Under the pieces are notes generated by a model. The model saw only the letters and a list, made by a program, of their open reading frames with translations. It made no database searches and was not told the DNA's origin. Shown in pieces: positions 55,727 to 64,000 of a stretch of DNA of 64,000 nucleotides. Numbering within the stretch: position 1 is the stretch's first letter; every line of letters starts with the position of its first letter. The stretch covers positions 26,470-90,469 of IMG/VR virus record IMGVR_UViG_3300033145_000767; one strand, 5' to 3'. The translations under genes and the position numbers were made by a program. The DNA comes from a virus.

Positions 55727-57306
55727 ATATATCTAACTCCTTGCCCTGTTTCTTCCGTTACAAGTTTATCTATTATTTTCCATGCTGTATTCACAGCTAT
55801 ATCTTGCATAAGTGTAACTTCATATATATTCCAATATATCTCTAACCAAAGGTCTTGATATTTCTTTGATAAGTATTTTTCAACTGGCTCTGGCATCCAC
55901 TCTTCATCTCTAGTAGCATTTGTGTATTTTTGTGATTCTGTACCAGACTTGCCATCTTTTTCATTTTTCTCTTCTACTTCTTTATCCTCAGAAGAAGTTG
56001 AATCAACTTCTTGGTCTGCTGTTATCTTATGAGGTGATAATAATTCAGTAACACCGTCTTCATCCTCTTTTTCTCTTCTCTCTATTTCAACAGTTGGGTC
56101 TAACCTTAAAGCCTGTTGCATTGTTGCAATTGATACAAAACCTCTATCATAACCAGACCGTAAAAAGTCAAGTAAAGAATCTACATCTAATCTTATAGGG
56201 CTACTTACTATTCTAATAGATTCTAGGTCTTTAAAATATTTTCTATGCCCAGTTCTATTTTTAAGTATAATCTGTCTTACAACATCATTTAACATGGATT
56301 TAAAACCCGCTACACCAGAATTTACCTCTGTTATAAAAGGTTTAGGGTTCATAACACTTTCTCTCCTGCTTGTAGTTACAGCACTTACTACTTCAATAAA
56401 CCCAAGCCCGGCTAAAATACTTTTGTCTGCTTCTGCATACAACTCTTTATTTAGGATGTTCTTCATATCTGGTATGATATGGTTTAAATCAACATCAAAA
56501 GGTGTTGTGAACATTGGAGCAAACTTCTGTTTAGCATCATAGTTATTTAAAAAGGTCTTAAAGTTAGTTTCTAAAGTTGTCATATCATTATCATCATACG
56601 TTACGCCTTCTTTAACTAAACCCTCTGAGCCTTTTTTTAACATTATTAGATAAGGTAATAGTTTGTCTAAAACTTTTTCTCCCTGAGTTTTTAGAGTGTT
56701 TACCCCATAAAAATTCCTATATACACCCTGTCTTATAAGATAAGGTGTTGGGTATGCTTCATACCATCTAGAAAAAGGCTTTTGAATTATAAAATCGCCC
56801 TGTACTTTATGTAAGTACTTTGCATCATAATAATACTCAAAATTACCTATGCTTCTTGCATTTTTAGGTGTAGGTTTAATATATAAACTAGACCCATCTA
56901 AAAACCATATAGCATCAGGTATAGAAAATCCTTTTACTGTTGCCCAATGTATTTTCATAACGCATAAAGATGAGCCTTTCCATCTTTCTTTTAAGTACTC
57001 TTTAGATAGCTGATTAACACCCACAGGTACTTTACCCATATACGCAACATTTAATGTTTGCAACCAATCGTTTAAAAGTGATTGTAGAGTATCATTTTTG
57101 GTCTCTATTTTATAGTTTACTTCTGAGGCACTATTCACAGCAAAGTCTGTTAAAGAATTTATAACCCCACTTGAATCACTTTGTAGCATTGATTTAACTG
57201 CTAAACATCTTTTGTGATAGTCTTGTGGTACAATAATAGTTCCGTCATCCTGCAAAAACTTAAGTATTGAATACCAAGACATGTAATTACTATTTAGGTC
57301 TCCCAC
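55714..57306 (-). CDS. Portal protein
   Basis: 530 aa between terminase and protease; GTG start after AAGGAG. Confidence 0.7.
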   Translation of the reverse strand: MGDLNSNYMSWYSILKFLQDDGTIIVPQDYHKRCLAVKSMLQSDSSGVINSLTDFAVNSASEVNYKIETKNDTLQSLLNDWLQTLNVAYMGKVPVGVNQLSKEYLKERWKGSSLCVMKIHWATVKGFSIPDAIWFLDGSSLYIKPTPKNARSIGNFEYYYDAKYLHKVQGDFIIQKPFSRWYEAYPTPYLIRQGVYRNFYGVNTLKTQGEKVLDKLLPYLIMLKKGSEGLVKEGVTYDDNDMTTLETNFKTFLNNYDAKQKFAPMFTTPFDVDLNHIIPDMKNILNKELYAEADKSILAGLGFIEVVSAVTTSRRESVMNPKPFITEVNSGVAGFKSMLNDVVRQIILKNRTGHRKYFKDLESIRIVSSPIRLDVDSLLDFLRSGYDRGFVSIATMQQALRLDPTVEIERREKEDEDGVTELLSPHKITADQEVDSTSSEDKEVEEKNEKDGKSGTESQKYTNATRDEEWMPEPVEKYLSKKYQDLWLEIYWNIYEVTLMQDIAVNTAWKIIDKLVTEETGQGVRYIWDY

Positions 57307-57317
57307 AGTTTTTCTCC

Positions 57318-58922
57318 TTAGCTAAAATTACCTAGTGATAATTTTTTAATCTTTTTTACAGGATTTATTGACGCTAGTGTAACATGCCATTGTGCTATAG
57401 CGAAACATTGAAACGCTTGAACCAAGTGGTCTTCACTAGTTGAATCAAAATGAACCCTATTACCTTTAACCAACTGTAAAAAGCTTGAAAATTGGTCTTC
57501 AAACTTATGAGAATTACTGGGTATTTTTATTAACCCATCATAAAATAAGCTTCTTAATCTTTGTATAGAAAACACAGATGTTTTTTCTACAGCTTCTATT
57601 GGTTTACCACTTTTGTCAAAGACAAACTTGCCTTCATCATCTTTTTCAAAACCTATTGTTACATTTTCATTAAAAGAACACCATATAATATTATCTTTAT
57701 TATTTTTTTCTACTAGTTGACGATAAACTGGAGCCCCCATGATTGTACAATCTATACAGCAATAATCACCTTTAACTGTTTTAAATATCCAATCTATCAG
57801 TTCTGCAAGCTGTTTATCATCTAATCTATACGCCGTAATATTATAGGCAAAGTTGTAACTCTTGTTATTGTATTCATTTATAACAATTATCTCGGTAGCA
57901 GCTGTTGAGCCTATATCAGCGGATACAAAGACCTTTGAAGCATTTTTTGCGTGGTCAAGAATAAGTCTACTCTTGTATTCATTAAAAGTCTTATCAGTAA
58001 TTTCAAACTCTTTTACTATTTTGTCTTCACGGTAACAAAGACTTCTAATACGCTTCATATCGAAAGCCCCGAAAGCTCCGTCAACAGTTTGTGCTGCGAC
58101 ATTAATAAGGTAGTTAGCTGAGTTTTCTCCACCGTACTCTTCGATTCTTTCTTGCTTTATTTCTTCATTCCAATATGGCGAAACGAATTGAGGTATTCTA
58201 ACAACGGTTTTCCTATACTTTTTAGCTTTTAAGAATTTTGATAACGGAGTATTTTCAGATATTAAAGGTATACCAGCTAGTACTTCTACGCAGCCCTTTT
58301 CTCCACGAGCATCAATTTTCTTTTCATACGCCTCATTTGTAGTAGCTTGAATCTCATCTTGAAAGTTAAAGTGTGTATGATGAGACCACCACTGCTTACC
58401 AACATTTCTTCCTGCTATATTTTCATTTACGCTTTGTAATTGATTACCATTCCTAGTTCTTATATCATAAACTGGGGAACGATTTATATTCTTTTTAAAC
58501 TGTCTAAAAAATAAATGAGTGTCAAAGAACTCACATAAATCATCAGCCATTTTCTTAACATGTAGTAAATCATAACATGATAAGGTCATTTCGTACCCAT
58601 TATATAATACTAACTTGGTAAGGGCATTTCTAACTAACCCTATGTATGTTTTTCCTATTTTTCTAGCACTAACTAATACTAGTGTACCTGCTTTTTCTCT
58701 CTTCTTAAAATTTTCATAGTCTGATAGTCTCTCATCATCCTCTAAGCAAACATCAAACTGTACAAAAGGTATTTGATAGTTTCTTATTTTAATACCTTTA
58801 TCAAGCTCTAAGTTATCCCAAGAATCCATGTCGGTTGCAGGGGAAGTACATTCTATAAAACAAATTGGGTTGAATAAGCATTCAGCAAATTCAAGCTCTT
58901 CTTTAGTAAGTACTTTTATCAT
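57318..58922 (-). CDS. terL: Terminase large subunit
   Basis: SARKIGKT, FQDE, SADIG, CID, DHLVQA. Confidence 0.85.
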   Translation of the reverse strand: MIKVLTKEELEFAECLFNPICFIECTSPATDMDSWDNLELDKGIKIRNYQIPFVQFDVCLEDDERLSDYENFKKREKAGTLVLVSARKIGKTYIGLVRNALTKLVLYNGYEMTLSCYDLLHVKKMADDLCEFFDTHLFFRQFKKNINRSPVYDIRTRNGNQLQSVNENIAGRNVGKQWWSHHTHFNFQDEIQATTNEAYEKKIDARGEKGCVEVLAGIPLISENTPLSKFLKAKKYRKTVVRIPQFVSPYWNEEIKQERIEEYGGENSANYLINVAAQTVDGAFGAFDMKRIRSLCYREDKIVKEFEITDKTFNEYKSRLILDHAKNASKVFVSADIGSTAATEIIVINEYNNKSYNFAYNITAYRLDDKQLAELIDWIFKTVKGDYCCIDCTIMGAPVYRQLVEKNNKDNIIWCSFNENVTIGFEKDDEGKFVFDKSGKPIEAVEKTSVFSIQRLRSLFYDGLIKIPSNSHKFEDQFSSFLQLVKGNRVHFDSTSEDHLVQAFQCFAIAQWHVTLASINPVKKIKKLSLGNFS

Positions 58923-59266
58923 TATTCCTCACTAGGGTCTACAAATATTTTAAAATATCCTTTTTTAACATTAGCTGCAGAAAAAGTTATTTTTAATAGT
59001 GCCCAATACTCTCCTTGTATATCAAGGTTTGTGCTTGTTAAAGGGCAAGACACCTTACCATTAGCTTCGAGAGCTTTATCAAAAGAACTATCTTCTACTG
59101 TTATTGTATAAGTAGTAGTATCCTTTGCACTCTTAACTGTTAATTGTAAAGTTGAGCCTGTTAAGTCTACATTCCCCCCTTGTGAATTTTTTAAATGTAG
59201 GTTTAAGGTTAAATACTCTTTTTGTATAATATATGCTGTTGGGGCATTGTCATATTTTGTAGCCAT
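58922..59266 (-). CDS. BppU-N-like small structural protein
   Basis: VDLTGSTLQLTVK...NGKVSC.LT..NLD..G.Y. Confidence 0.55.
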   Translation of the reverse strand: MATKYDNAPTAYIIQKEYLTLNLHLKNSQGGNVDLTGSTLQLTVKSAKDTTTYTITVEDSSFDKALEANGKVSCPLTSTNLDIQGEYWALLKITFSAANVKKGYFKIFVDPSEE

Positions 59267-60648
59267 TAGTCTACCTCTACTGTTATGTAAATTGGGTCTG
59301 TATCTATATCTAATTGAACATAATTATGAACTTCTGTTCCTACTGCTAAATGCCCTTCATATTGAGTGCCATTAGCTCCGTAAAATGTGCCATCTCTTAC
59401 ATCTGCTTCAACAGGGGCTTCAAAAGTACCTGTCTTAGTGGTATTATCAAATACTACATCTTTTTCTACATCATCAATAGAAGGTAAATCTAAAGAACCT
59501 TCATATTCTGTACCATTTGTACCATATTGAGAATTAAGTCTTACATCAGCTTCAGCTGGAGATTTAAATGTTCCTTCTTTAGTAGTGTTATCAAATTGAA
59601 CTCCCCTTTCAACATCATTTATAGAAGGAAGGTCTAATGTTCCATTAACACCGTCACCTCTATCTGTGCCATCTCTTACATCAGATACATCTGCATAAGT
59701 AGGAGTAAGCCCTTGAAAAATTCCTAAGTCTATAGCATAATTAAGCGAATCGTTAAAATTTCCTATTTTTGTAAGCTTATCATTTAAATTTGAGCCAGTT
59801 CTTGTAAAGTTATCAAGAACTCTATTAGTGTACTGTGGGTCTAGTTCCCAATATTCCCTAAAGTCTGGTGGGTCTTGAGTTGATAATACATTATTTTGAT
59901 AATAATTATTTCTGTCTGTATATGGGTTTCCACTTACAAGATATTGAGCTTGTGCATTATTTGTATATATACATCCTATTTCAAAACCATACCTATTAGC
60001 ATCAGAACCATAAGCAGATGCACCATCTATAATGCAGTTTGTCATATAACTGCCATAATTACCTGCATCAAAACCGTTTACTCCATTTTTTGATACACAA
60101 AAAGTAGATATAGTACGAAAATAATTTGTTCCATTGTTTTTAGAAAAACAATACCAAGTGCTACAAATATAAAATCCTACAGTGCAATCTTCTGCATGAC
60201 AGTTATGATAGTATGCCGTAGAAAAACCTCTATTACAGTTAATAGCTTTACAATTAATTGTAAATGTATAACCCGATTGTATAAATCCATGACAACTATT
60301 ATCTACCCCATCAAAAATTAAATTCTCATAATGAACATACCCTTGAGTACCATGCCATATTGTTAACCCACCGCCTGTACTTTGTATAGTAGCTTGTCCT
60401 CTATCTCCTGTAACTGTAGAATAACCCCTAATGTGAGCAAATTTATATACACCGGCGTTAGTTCCCATATTAGTCCAAACAAGACCAGCAGTTTGATAAA
60501 TACCATCAGCTTTTATCCAGAGAGTATCTCCCTTAACCCATGTAGTATTAGCTACTACATCAGCATTAGCTTGAGCCAAAGTCCAAGGGTCTCCCTCTGA
60601 ACCAACACCAGTACCGCCCGCTAATGCACTTACATAATATTCTGCCAT
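59266..60648 (-). CDS. Virion protein with beta-helix-like domain and C-terminal tandem repeats
   Basis: YYVS...GSEGDPWTL, GDTLWIK..G.Y, Cys/Asn ladders; repeats LDLPSIxDVE...FDNTTKxGTF. Confidence 0.65.
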   Translation of the reverse strand: MAEYYVSALAGGTGVGSEGDPWTLAQANADVVANTTWVKGDTLWIKADGIYQTAGLVWTNMGTNAGVYKFAHIRGYSTVTGDRGQATIQSTGGGLTIWHGTQGYVHYENLIFDGVDNSCHGFIQSGYTFTINCKAINCNRGFSTAYYHNCHAEDCTVGFYICSTWYCFSKNNGTNYFRTISTFCVSKNGVNGFDAGNYGSYMTNCIIDGASAYGSDANRYGFEIGCIYTNNAQAQYLVSGNPYTDRNNYYQNNVLSTQDPPDFREYWELDPQYTNRVLDNFTRTGSNLNDKLTKIGNFNDSLNYAIDLGIFQGLTPTYADVSDVRDGTDRGDGVNGTLDLPSINDVERGVQFDNTTKEGTFKSPAEADVRLNSQYGTNGTEYEGSLDLPSIDDVEKDVVFDNTTKTGTFEAPVEADVRDGTFYGANGTQYEGHLAVGTEVHNYVQLDIDTDPIYITVEVD

Positions 60649-60816
60649 AATTAACCTCGGTTACATCTAAGTATTATTTTTTTTTAATTCATCCATAATT
60701 TATCCTTAATTTTGTTTTTCTTTAAAATACCCAGCCATCTTCTTAAATTTCTTCTATAGACATTCTTTCTCCTTTTATAATTTTCGTGAAAGATATTGAT
60801 GATTTCCTTTCTTTTT

Positions 60817-63800
60817 TTATATTTGATATGTTAATGAAAACCATAGCTGAGAATTATCTACAAAATTAGCATTTGTAATTGCTGAAGTTACTCCTCCTTC
60901 TGTGCATCCTTGTAAAGAAATTCGAGTAACGCCTGCTTCTACTAAACAGCCATTTTGATTTGCAAAAGATACATTGGACAGCCATATACTTGCAGCACTT
61001 TGTAAATTCCCACTTGCAGTAGTAAATGGTAAACCTTCAATAAAAGCAGCACCTATATCTGTTCCTTTAGATGATAATAAAATTCTACCTTCTACAGTAA
61101 CAACTCTTCCGATTTTAGTATATCTCCCTAATGTATGAGTTCCAATATATGTTATCCCTGTAGTACCACCCCCAAAAGAAACACTAGGAGTAAAAGTTCC
61201 CTCTTCATAACCATCTAATGTATTTACATCTGCACTCGGATTTTGAGTTGCAGGGAATTTAATCTGCCCTGTTGGTAAATCTAATAATCCATTTATATCA
61301 ACACTTACATCGGCGGTTAAATCAAGATGTCCGTCATCCTCTGAACCAATATATAATCCGGCATCTCTAAAATAAATATCATGGTCTGTTAACACTATTA
61401 ATCCTGTATCATCAATTTTTATTCTATCATCAAGTGACCCACTATGCTTCTGAGTTTTAAATATAAAATAAGCAGAATCGTCATAACCATTTCTAAATAT
61501 ATCCAAAAAAGCAACAGAATCATCATTATTATAACATCTCAATGAAGATATTTCTTGGTCTGCTGTCTTGTGTGCATAAAATCTAAGAAATGCAGTTGAA
61601 CCATCAGTAGGTGCAATTATTTTAAGTTCAGCATTTCCAGATGAGTTTTCGATATTTAATATTGGTGAATTAACATCAATACTAACATCAGCAGTGAGGT
61701 CTAAATGTCCATCATCTAAAGAAGCAAGGTGAATAGCTGCATCTCTAAACTGTATTGGTATATTTGTAAGTAATGATATTTTTCCATCACTTCCTAAAAC
61801 TACATCATCTAACCAAGCATGTAATTCTGTATGTTCTGCCGCTTCAAAATGATAATATTCATCTGTTGTTCCACCCTGTAATCCAGTTAATATATTATGA
61901 TTATCTGTTGATAAAGCCACTCTTGATATAGTTTCACTTCTCCAATCAATATAATTATCACCTTCATCTGTGGTTCTAATTCTAGCGTTAATATCGTTTG
62001 TATAGCCACTATTAGCCTGATAAATTAGTGATGCTATTGGTCTGGATTCTGGAAACAATATATCATTCATAACCAAAGATAAAATTTCAGTTTTTGCACC
62101 AGTTCTAGCTTGACCAATCGTTGAATAAATAGCTTGACCCATTATCGCTATAACCGGATTGTCTTTTTCAGTAGTCGCAAATATATGATATAAACAATAA
62201 TCATTATTTCCAACTCCTGTTAATTGCCATGCCCCACCAGTATATTGGTTGTACGCAATATTTGTTCCGCTAGTTCCATCAAGAGTTCTTGCAGAAAAAC
62301 CACTTTCTATATGTTTAAGCCAACGCTCTGAATTTTCCAACATGTAATATATAGGAAGACCAGTTGTTGAATTAATAGCTGATATAGATTCATAAATATC
62401 TTCATCTGAAACACCACCGGTATCAACACCAAATTGTACATCGACTGTTATACCACTACCATTAACACTCATAGTGTTTAATCCTAAACCACTAAGATAT
62501 ATTAACCCCTCTTTAAAATGTAAATAAGCATGGGTTGATGGCGACATTGAATAACCGTGTCTTTCCTCTCCAACATAAATTCCTTCACCTGCATCTGCAT
62601 TCCAATATATGATAGAAACCAATGCTTTTGTTCTAATATATGTATCTATATTTGCTGATGTTGGGTTTGCGGTAGCTGTTAAAGTAGAACCATCATAATA
62701 TATAGCATGAATTCCTTCACTACCATCAATAACTACTGTATCTCCAGTAGATGTATACTTTACTCCAGAAATGAAATAGCTAAAATTTGTAGCCACCGGT
62801 TGAATCGATAATGTTAAACTTCCATCCGTAAATGTTAAAGTAGAATCAGTTCTATTTTCAAATCCATTTTGATTCCATTCTGCTCTAATAGGATGAATGG
62901 GATTAGTTGTAGTTCCAGCCCCAATTTCAGCTAAAGCGGTTTCTACTTCTGTTCCTGTATAATATACACCTGCATCGGTAATAGGTAAATGTGATGCATT
63001 TATTTGATTAGCTCCTGTTCCCCAATCCATTAAAGTAGTATCTATACCCTCTATTTTTATTTGTAAATTATTTCCACTTAAAGCAAAATGATTACTGTCA
63101 TAATTAAAAGTTATTTCTTGTGTAGATAAAGTTAAAGGAGCTGCTGCAACCGTAGTTGCAACATGTTCATTATCTATTGCAGTTTCAAGGGCAACTTCTG
63201 TAATCTTTGTAGTTGCTCTAATCGAATCGCCATTAGAACTTGGTACTGATAAAGCTGTTAATTTATGTGTACCCATATTTATATCAGCAGCCAGTGTTCC
63301 AAGTTGAGTATCACCATTTTGTGTATGTTTTAAAGAAATAGCACTGCCAACATCGGTATCAGCTTTAACTGTGGCTAATGCAGCAGCATTGATTTCAATA
63401 GTATCTAACTTAATTCCATCTATTGAAATATCTCTACCATCTATTTTAAATTCTACGTCTACAGCTAAATTAGTTTTTAATGTTCCATTATCAAATATTG
63501 AAACACTAGACATTTCTATATATGTTTGAAAATAATAATTATAAGTATTATATATTGCCCAATTTTCAATACCTTTATCCGCATAATAATGACCACCATC
63601 AGCATATGTATCTGCGTTATTATCATTTCCAATAAAATATTTATCACTATCTATAGTTCTTAATACAACAGCATATGTTGTTCCAGTCACAACGGATGCA
63701 GGTGTGTTAAAAGTTATAGAAGTATTAGTCCATGTTGTATTACTTGGAATTTCAGAGGCTTGCATAGTATAAGTTGCTAATACATTCGCTGTTGGAACAC

Positions 63801-63999
63801 CCGCTGAAGTAGACCTTATTTCAACAATTAAGGGGTCTGTAGAACCATCTTTATATAATTTTAATACAACTCTTGTTAAGTCACCAGTTTGCCCTGCTAT
63901 AAAAGTTTGTGCAGAATCATAAGCAGAATTAGCATAAACATTCCAGTTCTCACTCGCAGTTAATTGTTCTTGGTCTAATATTTCTCCTGAACCTTTTAA
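60817..63999 (-). CDS. Large mosaic tail fibre / receptor-binding protein, 5' end outside the window
   Basis: Frame is open from 63999; AQTFIAGQTG.LTRV domain; C-terminal YEEGTFTP...GRYTKIGRVV...GLPF. Confidence 0.75.
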   Translation of the reverse strand, partial: LKGSGEILDQEQLTASENWNVYANSAYDSAQTFIAGQTGDLTRVVLKLYKDGSTDPLIVEIRSTSAGVPTANVLATYTMQASEIPSNTTWTNTSITFNTPASVVTGTTYAVVLRTIDSDKYFIGNDNNADTYADGGHYYADKGIENWAIYNTYNYYFQTYIEMSSVSIFDNGTLKTNLAVDVEFKIDGRDISIDGIKLDTIEINAAALATVKADTDVGSAISLKHTQNGDTQLGTLAADINMGTHKLTALSVPSSNGDSIRATTKITEVALETAIDNEHVATTVAAAPLTLSTQEITFNYDSNHFALSGNNLQIKIEGIDTTLMDWGTGANQINASHLPITDAGVYYTGTEVETALAEIGAGTTTNPIHPIRAEWNQNGFENRTDSTLTFTDGSLTLSIQPVATNFSYFISGVKYTSTGDTVVIDGSEGIHAIYYDGSTLTATANPTSANIDTYIRTKALVSIIYWNADAGEGIYVGEERHGYSMSPSTHAYLHFKEGLIYLSGLGLNTMSVNGSGITVDVQFGVDTGGVSDEDIYESISAINSTTGLPIYYMLENSERWLKHIESGFSARTLDGTSGTNIAYNQYTGGAWQLTGVGNNDYCLYHIFATTEKDNPVIAIMGQAIYSTIGQARTGAKTEILSLVMNDILFPESRPIASLIYQANSGYTNDINARIRTTDEGDNYIDWRSETISRVALSTDNHNILTGLQGGTTDEYYHFEAAEHTELHAWLDDVVLGSDGKISLLTNIPIQFRDAAIHLASLDDGHLDLTADVSIDVNSPILNIENSSGNAELKIIAPTDGSTAFLRFYAHKTADQEISSLRCYNNDDSVAFLDIFRNGYDDSAYFIFKTQKHSGSLDDRIKIDDTGLIVLTDHDIYFRDAGLYIGSEDDGHLDLTADVSVDINGLLDLPTGQIKFPATQNPSADVNTLDGYEEGTFTPSVSFGGGTTGITYIGTHTLGRYTKIGRVVTVEGRILLSSKGTDIGAAFIEGLPFTTASGNLQSAASIWLSNVSFANQNGCLVEAGVTRISLQGCTEGGVTSAITNANFVDNSQLWFSLTYQI

Positions 64000-64000
64000 A

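Noticed and set aside
1-64000. Stop-codon reassignment
   Set aside because: TAA, TAG and TGA all end intact genes and coding density is high under code 11.
1-64000. CRISPR array, tRNA, rRNA, integrase or diversity-generating retroelement
   Set aside because: No spaced repeats, cloverleaf, recombinase or reverse transcriptase motif seen. A tRNAscan/Infernal run would be needed to exclude small RNAs.

Overview
AT-rich fragment of an uncultured tailed dsDNA phage genome (Caudoviricetes, probably siphovirus-like), densely coding in standard genetic code 11 with bacterial Shine-Dalgarno and sigma70-type signals. It has two convergent arms. The + arm (1-40068) holds replication and recombination genes (Prim-Pol/helicase, family A DNA polymerase, 5'-3' exonuclease, two RecA-like proteins, Hjc-type and RuvC-type resolvases, SbcCD), nucleotide and DNA-modification genes, glycan genes, membrane proteins and seven HNH-like endonuclease genes. 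The - arm (40046-64000) is morphogenesis (fibre proteins, terminase, portal, protease/scaffold, capsid, connectors, tail tube, tape measure, tail tip). Main signals: (1) the PolA keeps its catalytic aspartates but changes near-invariant residues at the sugar steric gate (DYSQMHLR, Glu to His), the minor-groove Gln (to Ile) and ExoIII; (2) the same genome carries a DeoC-like aldolase / nucleotide N-hydrolase / DUF5664 diphosphohydrolase cluster and a radical SAM / DUF2284 / TAGT-like glycosyltransferase cluster, which together suggest an undescribed nucleotide chemistry; (3) an HNH-like gene sits between two copies of the resolvase C-terminus that match in protein (17/23) but differ at nearly every synonymous codon. 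All family calls are from motif recognition by eye; no database search was run.
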